Notes under the pieces: generated by a model
The model's database searches: none
Seen by the model: the letters and a program-made list of their open reading frames with translations, nothing else
What the model was told of the DNA's origin: nothing
Assembly: GCA_963761335.1 (NCBI GenBank)
Contig: CAVXGR010000013.1
Span: 224,001-288,000 of the forward strand
Direction of reading: 5' to 3'
Source of the DNA: an uncultured delta proteobacterium
GTDB taxonomy: Bacteria > Desulfobacterota > Binatia > HRBIN30 > BPIQ01
DNA: 64,000 nt
Made by a program: the position numbers and the translations under genes
In this document: piece by piece, positions 38,028 through 46,463 of the stretch
How the letters are laid out: each line of letters begins with the position of its first letter
How positions within the stretch are numbered: position 1 is the first letter of the stretch

Positions 38028-39025
38028 GACTCGTCGATGGAAGCGCGGCGGTTGGGGTACTCCGGCAGGCCGTGCTCCTCGTCGAGGTCGCGCAGCTGAT
38101 AGAACGGCAGAGCCTGTTGCAGCTGATAGAGGCGCTGGCAGTACTGTCCCAGCAGGGCCACCAGGGCGCCGAGCAGTCCACCGGCGAGGAGCACGAGGCC
38201 GGCCATCACGTCGCCGAACGGCAGCAGGACGACTCCGGCGAGTGCCGCAACGATGGCGGCGATGCCGGCGGCGAGGAAGGGACGATCGGCGGTCAGCATG
38301 AAGTAGTCCACAGCGATGCCGAGCAGCGACAGGAAGGAATGGCCGCCGGACTTCTGCGCCAACGGCCGCAGCGGAACCTCGGTGACGCGGCGGGCGCGGC
38401 GCAGAAAGACGGGGGTGAGAAGGCGGCGGCTCTCGCCCTCCGACTCGAGATCGCGGACGACCCACGACTGGAAGCTGCGCATGCCGCAGCCGATGTCACG
38501 GATGTTGCTTCTCGTCCGGCGCCGCGCGTAGATGTTCATCAGCCACGACGGCAGGCGCCTGGTCAGCAGTGGGGCGCGGCGGTTCTCGCGGTAGCCGCAG
38601 ACCAGGTCGTAGCCGCGCTGCAGAGGCTCGAGCAGCGCCGGGATGTCCTCGGGGCAGTTCTCCAGATCCGCGTCCATGCAGATCGCCCAGCGGCCGCGGA
38701 CCAGATCGAAGCCGGCACAGACCGCCGCCTGACTGCCGAAGTTGCGCACCAGGGCAAAGGGGCGAACCCGCGGGTCGCGGGCGGCTCGGGCGCGCAGCAG
38801 GGGGAGGCTCTGATCGCGGGAGCCGTCGTCCACGAAGATGAGCTCGAAGGAGACGCCCATCGGCTCGAGCACGGCGACCAGCCGGTCGATCAGCTCCTCC
38901 AGCGTGGAGGAGTTGTTGTAGACCGGAATGACCACCGAGAGGTCGAGCTCGCCTGCGGGTCGAAGCTCGCCGCGGGCACCCGACCCGATGCGACTCGCTC
39001 CCACGCCTGGATTGCCGTTGCGCAT
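37997..39025 (-). CDS. ArnC/GtrB-like GT2 glycosyltransferase
   Basis: IPVYN, VDDGSRD, RNFG, MDADLENCPEDIP, and C-terminal TM helices. Confidence 0.88.
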   Translation of the reverse strand: MRNGNPGVGASRIGSGARGELRPAGELDLSVVIPVYNNSSTLEELIDRLVAVLEPMGVSFELIFVDDGSRDQSLPLLRARAARDPRVRPFALVRNFGSQAAVCAGFDLVRGRWAICMDADLENCPEDIPALLEPLQRGYDLVCGYRENRRAPLLTRRLPSWLMNIYARRRTRSNIRDIGCGMRSFQSWVVRDLESEGESRRLLTPVFLRRARRVTEVPLRPLAQKSGGHSFLSLLGIAVDYFMLTADRPFLAAGIAAIVAALAGVVLLPFGDVMAGLVLLAGGLLGALVALLGQYCQRLYQLQQALPFYQLRDLDEEHGLPEYPNRRASIDESCPPRRATQI

Positions 39026-39090
39026 CTTATCGCCGGACGCTACTACTTTCTTTTTGCCCGTGCCATACGAATAATCTGCGCCAGAGTTTC

Positions 39091-40065
39091 ATGGCTCGAC
39101 CGCTGCCGCACGCCGAACTGTACGAAGCGCCCGCCCCGACGGCGGCGGTGGACGTCTCCGTTCTCATTCCCGTCTACAACAACGCCGACACCCTCGACGA
39201 GCTGATCGACCGGCTGCTCGCCGTGCTCGAGCCGATGGGCGTCTCCTTCGAGCTCATCTTCGTGGACGACGGCTCCCGCGACCAGAGCCTCGAGATCCTC
39301 GAGCGCCGCGCCGACACCGATCCGCGCCTGCGCGTCTTCGCCCTGGTGCGCAACTTCGGCGGCCAGGCCGCCTCGGCCGCCGCCTGCGACCAGGCCCGCG
39401 GCCAGCGCGTCGTCCACATCGACGCCGATTTGGAGAACTATCCGGAGGACATCCCGCGCCTGCTCGAGCGCCTGGACGGCGATTGCGACCTGGTCTGCGG
39501 CTACCGCGAGAACCGCCGCGACCCGTGGATCAGCCGCCGCCTGCCCTCCTTCCTGATCAACGTGTACGTGCGCCGCCAGACCGGCACCGAGATCCGCGAC
39601 GTCGGCTGCGGCCTGCGCGCCTTCGAGGCGCGCCTGATCCACGACCTGCCAGCCGAAGGCGAGGCCCGGCGGCTGCTCACCCCGGTATTGCTGCGGCGCT
39701 CGCGGCGGATTCTCCAGGTGCCCGTGCGCCACCGGCCCCGGCCGGGGCGCGGCGGACATTCGTTCTTCTCACTCCTCGGCATCTCCATCGACTATTACAT
39801 GCTGACGGCGCGCCGCCCATTCCTGATCAGCGGACTGGTGTCGGCGGCGGCTGCGGCCGCCGGGATCGGTATGCTCACCTCCGGCCGGGTCCTCGCCGGT
39901 CTGCTGCTGATCGGCGCCGGTGGCGTCGGCGCCATGCTCTCCCTGGTCGGCGAGTACGCGCAGCGGGTCTACCAGCTGGCGCAGGGCATGCCGTTCTACA
40001 AGCTCCGCGACCTCGATCGCGAAGACGCCAGCGCCGCCGAGGAGCACCAGCGCACGGCCGGATAA
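39091..40065 (+). CDS. ArnC/GtrB-like GT2 glycosyltransferase (close paralogue of 37997)
   Basis: IPVYN, VDDGSRD, RNFG, IDADLENYPEDIP, and C-terminal TM helices. Confidence 0.88.
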   Translation: MARPLPHAELYEAPAPTAAVDVSVLIPVYNNADTLDELIDRLLAVLEPMGVSFELIFVDDGSRDQSLEILERRADTDPRLRVFALVRNFGGQAASAAACDQARGQRVVHIDADLENYPEDIPRLLERLDGDCDLVCGYRENRRDPWISRRLPSFLINVYVRRQTGTEIRDVGCGLRAFEARLIHDLPAEGEARRLLTPVLLRRSRRILQVPVRHRPRPGRGGHSFFSLLGISIDYYMLTARRPFLISGLVSAAAAAAGIGMLTSGRVLAGLLLIGAGGVGAMLSLVGEYAQRVYQLAQGMPFYKLRDLDREDASAAEEHQRTAG

Positions 40066-40072
40066 CCATCGG

Positions 40073-40149
40073 GGGGACAGGCACCTTTTCGGCTGAGACG
40101 GTCAGTGTCCTGTTCGACTTTCCCTTTCGCCGAAAAGGAGCCTGTCCCC
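40073..40149. repeat. 21-bp inverted repeat, REP-like
   Basis: GGGGACAGGCACCTTTTCGGC (40073-40093) pairs with GCCGAAAAGGAGCCTGTCCCC (40129-40149), one mismatch. Confidence 0.8.
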
Positions 40150-40221
40150 ATCCCGGAAATGCTGTTGCAATCGCCGGGAGGCGGCGATACAGGAACCGTG
40201 TCCCTGGGGGGGGATTGCTCA

Positions 40222-41985
40222 GTGCGTGTTTTGAGAACCGTCTTGGTCGCCCCGTCGCGGTATGACGAGCGCGGCGTGGTGGTCTTTCGCATCGGCATCA
40301 GCCCGAACGGCGCGCTCGGAGCTCTGGCCGGTCTGGCGGAGGACTACAACCGCCGGCACGCCGGCCACACGCGCATCGACTACGAGTTCTTCGACGAGCA
40401 CGTGCGGCAGGCAATCGACGCAGAGCTGCTGCGGCGCTGGCGCGACGAAGCCGCCGCCGCGGGGCAGCGTTTCGTGCTCATGCTCTGCGGTGTGCAAACG
40501 GTTACCTACCCGCGAGCGCGCGACATCGCGCTGATGGCGCTGCGCGAGGGCATCGCAGTCATCGCCGGCGGCGTGCATCTCTCGGCGCACGGTCCGTCGG
40601 TCGACTTCCTGGTGTCCTGTGGCGTGCGCGTGGCGATCGGCGAGGTCGAGCCGATCTGGGACGGTATCGTCGAGGACGCCCTCTGTGGGACGCTGCGGAG
40701 CATCTATCGCATCGCCCCCGAGCAGGGCATCCGGGTCAAAGCGGCGACCTCGGAGATGATTGCCCCGGACATCGCCGCGGTGCCCTTCCCCCACATCCCC
40801 GCCGCGTGCCGTCGCCACTACATCAATCCCTCGCAGCTCTTCATCGACGGATCGCGCGGCTGCCCCTTCCTGTGCACCTTCTGCGTGGTCAAGAACGTCT
40901 TCGGCCGCACGGTGCGCAGCCGCGACCCGGCGCGACTGGCGGAGTGGATGATGGAGCGCGTGCGCCGCGACGGGGTGCGCGCCTTCAGCTTCACCGATGA
41001 CAACTTCGTGCGCAATCCTCGCCACATGGAGCTGCTCGAGCGGCTCGCCGAGGCGCGCGCCGGCGGCGCCGAGTTCTCGCTCTGGCTGATCCTCGACGTC
41101 GAGTCGACCTGCTACGCGCGCGACGACTCGCCGCGCGGCGAGCGCACCCGCGAGTTTCTGCACCTGTGCCGCGCCGCCGGTGTCGGGCACGTCTACATGG
41201 GGCTGGAGAGCACCAACGACGCGGTGCTGCGCGAGATGCGCAAGGGCGTCAACCGCGACCGGGAGGACATCCACGGCGCGGCGGGCAACCACGACGGCGA
41301 CGCCGCCCGCCGCCGCCTGATCCACCGCTACCGCACCGCGGTGCGCGCCTGGCACGACATCGGCGCCTCCGTCGAGTGCGGCTACATTCTCGGCTTTCAC
41401 GCCGACCAGCGGGGTGTCGGCGCGCAGGCGGCGCGCGACCTGATCGAGATCGGCGTCGACGTCGCTACCTTCTTTCTGCTGGCGCCGCTGCCGGGGTCGG
41501 AAGACTACGCACGCGCCGTGCGCGAGGGCACTCTGGCCGAGAGCGATTTCAACGAGTTCTTTCAGCGCTCGATGCTGCGCCACCCGGTGCTCTCTGCGGC
41601 CGAAATGGAGGCCGAGCTCGACGAAGCGGTGCAGCGGATGTGGAGCCTGCCCAACGTGGTTCGCCGGGTCGCCGGCGGCGTCTTCGGAATCGGCCGCCGA
41701 CGCGTGACGACGCCGTGGATCTACTTCAAGCGACAGGTCGGATACAAGGTCATGATCAGCACCGGGCTGCACACTTACGTCGAGGGCGGGCTACTGCGGC
41801 GCCGCAGCCCCTCCAGCGCTCGCCGTCTGGCGATCGACGACCAGGAGGCGCGCACCCTTTACCTCGGCGACGACCCGGGAGGGCGCTCCGCCCTGCCCCC
41901 GATCATGCGCGACGCCTCCAGCATGGAGTCCCTGCCCGTGCTCCGCGACCACCTCCTGACCGAGACCGCCCGCCTCGCCGGCTGA
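40222..41985 (+). CDS. B12-binding-domain radical SAM protein (paralogue B)
   Basis: Collinear with 22304 (VAPSRYD, SRGCPFLCTFC, TDDNF, MESLPVL). GTG start inferred from the paralogue alignment. Confidence 0.88.
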   Translation: MRVLRTVLVAPSRYDERGVVVFRIGISPNGALGALAGLAEDYNRRHAGHTRIDYEFFDEHVRQAIDAELLRRWRDEAAAAGQRFVLMLCGVQTVTYPRARDIALMALREGIAVIAGGVHLSAHGPSVDFLVSCGVRVAIGEVEPIWDGIVEDALCGTLRSIYRIAPEQGIRVKAATSEMIAPDIAAVPFPHIPAACRRHYINPSQLFIDGSRGCPFLCTFCVVKNVFGRTVRSRDPARLAEWMMERVRRDGVRAFSFTDDNFVRNPRHMELLERLAEARAGGAEFSLWLILDVESTCYARDDSPRGERTREFLHLCRAAGVGHVYMGLESTNDAVLREMRKGVNRDREDIHGAAGNHDGDAARRRLIHRYRTAVRAWHDIGASVECGYILGFHADQRGVGAQAARDLIEIGVDVATFFLLAPLPGSEDYARAVREGTLAESDFNEFFQRSMLRHPVLSAAEMEAELDEAVQRMWSLPNVVRRVAGGVFGIGRRRVTTPWIYFKRQVGYKVMISTGLHTYVEGGLLRRRSPSSARRLAIDDQEARTLYLGDDPGGRSALPPIMRDASSMESLPVLRDHLLTETARLAG

Positions 41986-42022
41986 GCGACGGTCTCCGTT
42001 TCGACCGACTCGGGCTCGACCC

Positions 42023-42853
42023 ATGAACTCCAGCCAGCTCTTCGAGCCAACCCTCGGCGCCTACTTCGGCTACTGCATCGGCTTCTGGCTGCGTTACTTC
42101 GCCATCGCCGGGTTTCTCTACTGGTTCTTTCACGTCGCCTTCTCGCATCGCTGGCTCCGCTACCGAATCCAGCCGCACTTTCCTCCGGGGGCACAGGTCG
42201 CCCACGAGATCTTCTGGTCCATCTCCAACACCTTCTGCACCGGCCTCTCCACACTGCTCCTCTACCGCCTGGTACGCGACGGGCGGACGAGCATGTACTT
42301 CGACGCTGGCGCCCACGGCTGGGGGTACTTCGTCCTTTCCATCGCCGCCGGCATCATCGCCTACGACTCGTGGTTCTACTGGCAACACCGGCTGCTGCAC
42401 ACACAATGGCTGTTCGCCAAGGTGCACGCCGTGCACCACCGCGCCACCAATCCGACCGCCTTCGGTGCCTTCGCGCATCATCCTCTGGAAACGTTCATGG
42501 GGAACGCCTTCTTCCTGGTGCTGGCGGTGGTGCTGCCGATGCATCCGCTCGCCTTCGGCGCCGTCGGCGTCTACCTCTTCGCGGCGGCGATCATCTCGCA
42601 CCTGGGCTACGAGTTCTACCCGCGCGGCTTCACCCGGCACCGGCTGGGACGCTGGTGGGACACCTCGACACACCACAACATGCACCACCGACACGCGTCG
42701 TGTAACTACAGCATCCTCTTCAACTACTGGGACCTGTGGATGGGGACCAACCACGGCGCCTACCATCAGACCTTCGACATCATCAAGGCGCGGCTCGGGG
42801 CCGGCGACGTCGCCGCGAGCGCCCGCGGCGTCGCCGGAGAGATCTCATCTTGA
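42023..42853 (+). CDS. Sterol desaturase / fatty acid hydroxylase superfamily protein (paralogue 2)
   Basis: HRLLH, HAVHH, SHLG, HHNMHH. Collinear with 4396. Confidence 0.9.
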   Translation: MNSSQLFEPTLGAYFGYCIGFWLRYFAIAGFLYWFFHVAFSHRWLRYRIQPHFPPGAQVAHEIFWSISNTFCTGLSTLLLYRLVRDGRTSMYFDAGAHGWGYFVLSIAAGIIAYDSWFYWQHRLLHTQWLFAKVHAVHHRATNPTAFGAFAHHPLETFMGNAFFLVLAVVLPMHPLAFGAVGVYLFAAAIISHLGYEFYPRGFTRHRLGRWWDTSTHHNMHHRHASCNYSILFNYWDLWMGTNHGAYHQTFDIIKARLGAGDVAASARGVAGEISS

Positions 42854-42924
42854 CTCTCCACGGGCCGTCACGCCAGATTGAGGGCTGCCGGCGCCCCGGC
42901 GATGATTTGCAACCCTCTCCTCGC

Positions 42925-44295
42925 ATGACCCCGCTTTCCGCCCCGACAGCCCTGCCGGACGGGCCTCCCCTGTCCGCCGAAGAGACCACCTTTCGGTGGA
43001 TGGCGCGGCCATTCGATTTCCTCGACGCGTGTGCCGCCGCCTTTGCCGACCTCTTCACCCTGCACTTCACCCGCTTCGGCACGCATGTCGTCCTGGCGCA
43101 TCCCGACGACGTGCGCGAGGTTCTCACGGGCAACCCCGACGTCCTCTACGCCGGGCGCGGCAACACGCTTCTGGAGCCGATCCTCGGCCGCCATTCCCTG
43201 CTGCTCGCCGACGGCGAGCGCCATCTGCGACAGCGCGCCCTGCTGCAGCCCGCCTTCCGCGGCGAGCGGGTGCAGAGCTACGCCGAGCTGGTGGCGGCAG
43301 CCACCCGCAAATGGACCGCATCCTGGGACGGAGGCGGCACCTTCCGCGTGCAGCGCACCGCCCTCGATATCTCCCGCGAGGTGATTCTCCGCCTCGTGCT
43401 CGGCATCGACGACGATGCCGAGCTGGCGCAACTGAGTCGGCTGGTCGAGGACGTCATGCTGCTGGTGGCCACCAACGCCACCTTCGACGAGCCCCCGCCC
43501 GAGGCGGCGAGCCCGGCGCCGCAGAGCCGCCTCATGGAGCGCTTTCGCGCGGCGCGCGCGGCCCTCAACGAGGCGCTGCAAGAGCACGTCGAGCAGCGGC
43601 GGCGAGGCGATCGCTCGCAGCGGCGCGGGCTTGGCTCCCAGGGCGGCGATGTCCTCTCGATGCTTCTGGAGGCGCGCAGCGAGTCGGGTGTGGCACTGCC
43701 CGACGAGGAAATCCGCGACCAGCTGGTCACCATGATTCTGGCCGGTCACGAGACCACCGCCAGCTCGATCACCTGGGCCCTCCTCTGCCTCGACTCGCGC
43801 CCCGAGGCCCGCGAGCCCCTGCTGCGCGAGCTGGCCGGGGCGGCGGACCTCCCGGATCACCGCCTGGCGGGGCTTCCCTATCTGCAGGCCACGTGTCTCG
43901 AGACACTGCGCCTGCGACCCGTCATCCCGGTGGTGTCGCGGCAGCTCCAGAGACCGTTTCGCCTGCGCCAGTGGACGCTTCCGGCGGGAATCTTCGTCAC
44001 CCCCTGCCCCTATCTGGCACACCGCCGCCCCGAGGTGTTCGCCGATCCCGAGACCTTTCGCCCGGAGCGTTTCCTCGAAGGGCGCTTCTCGCCATACGAG
44101 TACTTCCCCTTCGGCGGCGGCGCGCACCGCTGCATCGGCATGTCGTTCGCGCTGCTGGAGCTGCAGATCGTCGTCGGCATGCTGGCGCGGCGCTTCCGCT
44201 TTGCCGCCGCAGGCCCGGTCCGGGGGGTGCGACGCGCGGTCACCGTGGTCGCCTCCGGTGGCGGCAAGATGCACGTCGAGCGCCGCAGCGCCTGA
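42925..44295 (+). CDS. Cytochrome P450
   Basis: AGHETT, ETLR, PERF and heme motif FGGGAHRCIG. Confidence 0.95.
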   Translation: MTPLSAPTALPDGPPLSAEETTFRWMARPFDFLDACAAAFADLFTLHFTRFGTHVVLAHPDDVREVLTGNPDVLYAGRGNTLLEPILGRHSLLLADGERHLRQRALLQPAFRGERVQSYAELVAAATRKWTASWDGGGTFRVQRTALDISREVILRLVLGIDDDAELAQLSRLVEDVMLLVATNATFDEPPPEAASPAPQSRLMERFRAARAALNEALQEHVEQRRRGDRSQRRGLGSQGGDVLSMLLEARSESGVALPDEEIRDQLVTMILAGHETTASSITWALLCLDSRPEAREPLLRELAGAADLPDHRLAGLPYLQATCLETLRLRPVIPVVSRQLQRPFRLRQWTLPAGIFVTPCPYLAHRRPEVFADPETFRPERFLEGRFSPYEYFPFGGGAHRCIGMSFALLELQIVVGMLARRFRFAAAGPVRGVRRAVTVVASGGGKMHVERRSA

Positions 44296-44307
44296 CTCCG
44301 AGGAATC

Positions 44308-44616
44308 ATGCCCGACCGAGAAATCGTCTTCGCCAAGGTTCGCGCCGCGCTGCTCGACGTCATTGAGGAGCAGGGCTCGGCAGGAGCCTCGCCTTCCGGG
44401 TCGAGGCGACAGATCGAGGTGCGCCTCGAGCACCACCTGGTCGAGGATCTCGGTGTCGACTCGGTCAACATCGCCAGCCTGACCATCGCCCTCGAAGATC
44501 AGTTCGAGGACGTGCTGCTGCTGAACGACTGGATCGCCAGCGCCAGTAGCCCGAGCGAGCTGACCGTCGCCTCCCTGGTCGACTACCTGATGGAGCTGCT
44601 CGCGGAGAGCGGATGA
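44308..44616 (+). CDS. Acyl carrier protein
   Basis: Acidic 102 aa protein with EDLGVDSV phosphopantetheine site and LEDQF...TV.SLVDY. Confidence 0.88.
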   Translation: MPDREIVFAKVRAALLDVIEEQGSAGASPSGSRRQIEVRLEHHLVEDLGVDSVNIASLTIALEDQFEDVLLLNDWIASASSPSELTVASLVDYLMELLAESG

Positions 44617-46463
44617 TGCCTTTCGCTGTCGCCGAGCACGACGGCGTGCTCACCCTCACGCTCGACACCCCCGGGTCGCCAGTCAACATCTTCAACCACG
44701 CCAGCGCGCGCCAGCTCACCGAGATTCTCTCCGCAGTCACGCCGTCGACGACCCGGGCAATCGTGTTCGAAACGGCCAAGCCGAACAGCTTCATCAACGG
44801 CGTCGGCCTTCTGCTCGCCCAGGCGTCGCAGACGCGCGACGACGTCGCGCGCGCCAGCGAGACGCCGTGGACGGCCTACCGCGCGGTTCGCGAGGCCCCG
44901 GTACCGACGGTCGCGGTGGTGCGCGGAAACTGCTTCGGCTGTGGAGTAGAGTTCGCCCTCAACTGCGACTACCGCATCGCCGCCGACGACTGCGAGACGC
45001 AGTTCTACATGACCGAGCTGAACGACTATCTGTTCATCCCGCTGTTCGGCAGTACCTGGAATCTTCCGGAGGCCGTCGGTCTGGCCGATGCCGTCGATCT
45101 GCTTCTCTGGGGACAGCGCTGGGACGGGCAGAAGGCGTGCGCGCGCGGCCTCGTGGACGAGGTCGCCGGCCTTGCCGAGCTGGGAGATCGCACCCGCGGA
45201 TTCCTCCAACGGATATTGCAGGGCGCGCAGCCGAGCCGCCGCCGGGGCCGCGTCTCCTGGGGCGCGGCGGAAGACGAGGTCATGCGTCAGGCGCGGCAGC
45301 GGATCGCCGCACTGCCGCCGCAGACGCACGAGGTCTATACCGACGCCCTCAACCTTCTCGAGGCGGGGGCGCGGCAGACGGGCAGCTACGTCGAGCACCA
45401 GAGACGCGAGCTGGCCTGCTCGGCGGCCAGCGCCCTCTCGCCGATCGGCAAGTCGGCCTATGGTTTTTTCTACCTGCGCCAGATGGCGAGCGAGCGCGCC
45501 GCGGGGCGGCTGCGCGGCGCGGTGACCCCCGTGACTCTGCGAGTCGAGGCGCAGGAGAGCCCCGACCTGCAACGCCTCGAGGCCGACCTCCGCTGCCGGC
45601 GGCTCGCCGGGGTGAGCTTCGCGGCGGCGGATACCGCCGCCGACCTCCGCCTGGTGCCGCCGCAGCGCCGCGAAGCACTGCCGGCAGCCTCTGCGGAGCC
45701 GCAACCGCATGGCGCGGCGATCGCCGTGCACCTGTCACTCGGCTGCGGCGATCAGGCGGAAGAGCGCGCCGCCGCCGAGATCTACGCGCCGTTGTACGCG
45801 TCCGGCGCGCGCCTGGTGGAGCTGGCGGTGCGCCCCGCACCGGAGCCGCGAATGTCGGCAGAGGGGGCGACCCGGCTGACCCGCACTCTGCAGCGCTTCG
45901 GCTTCGAGGTGGCGCGCACGGCGCCGCGCCGGGGCTTTGTCTCGGACCGCCTGTTGATCGCCTACTTCGCACCGCTGCTGCGCTTCGCCGAGCGCTGCGG
46001 AGGTGCTGAGGCCGTCGAGAGCGCCATGCGTCAGGCCGGGTTTGCCCGGCGGCCGCGAGAGATCCTCGCCGCTCTGCCGCGGGCGGAGCTGGCGCGGCGG
46101 CTGGCGGCACAGGTGGCAGGCTCGGCTGCGGAGGTGGAGTCGCTGCTGGCGGCGCTGGCGCGCCCCGCGAGCTGGCGCGGCAGAGGCGATGGCGTGCTGA
46201 TGGATGCTCTCGCCGTCTCGCTGCTCGAAGCCGTCCTGGGAGCACGCGCCGCAGGCGAGGTGCGGGACGCGGCGACCGTCGACCTGATCGCCCGCGAGCT
46301 CCTCGATTTTCCGCGGCACCTGTGCAGCCTGTGCGCCTGGCTCAAGCGCGATCTGGTCGCCCGCGCCCTCGAAGGCGACCCGAGGCTGCCCCTACTGGTG
46401 AGCGACACCGCCCTGGCCGCGGGGCGCGCCTTCGCCGCCGGAGGGCGGGAGTTCTACCGGTGA
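44613..46463 (+). CDS. Crotonase (enoyl-thioester hydratase/isomerase) domain fused to a degenerate 3-hydroxyacyl-CoA dehydrogenase-like region
   Basis: FadB/FadJ-like N-terminus (LD.PGSPVN, GCGVEFALNCDYRIA, TE..IP.FG.T, GLVDE). No GxGxxG. Remnant RLVELA and GFVSDRLL motifs. Confidence 0.75.
   Translation: MMPFAVAEHDGVLTLTLDTPGSPVNIFNHASARQLTEILSAVTPSTTRAIVFETAKPNSFINGVGLLLAQASQTRDDVARASETPWTAYRAVREAPVPTVAVVRGNCFGCGVEFALNCDYRIAADDCETQFYMTELNDYLFIPLFGSTWNLPEAVGLADAVDLLLWGQRWDGQKACARGLVDEVAGLAELGDRTRGFLQRILQGAQPSRRRGRVSWGAAEDEVMRQARQRIAALPPQTHEVYTDALNLLEAGARQTGSYVEHQRRELACSAASALSPIGKSAYGFFYLRQMASERAAGRLRGAVTPVTLRVEAQESPDLQRLEADLRCRRLAGVSFAAADTAADLRLVPPQRREALPAASAEPQPHGAAIAVHLSLGCGDQAEERAAAEIYAPLYASGARLVELAVRPAPEPRMSAEGATRLTRTLQRFGFEVARTAPRRGFVSDRLLIAYFAPLLRFAERCGGAEAVESAMRQAGFARRPREILAALPRAELARRLAAQVAGSAAEVESLLAALARPASWRGRGDGVLMDALAVSLLEAVLGARAAGEVRDAATVDLIARELLDFPRHLCSLCAWLKRDLVARALEGDPRLPLLVSDTALAAGRAFAAGGREFYR

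Noticed and set aside
22304..41985. Naming the B12-radical SAMs hpnP, hpnR or bchE, and the GT2s arnC
   Set aside because: Only superfamily motifs are visible. No hopanoid, bacteriochlorophyll or arnABD genes support orthology.
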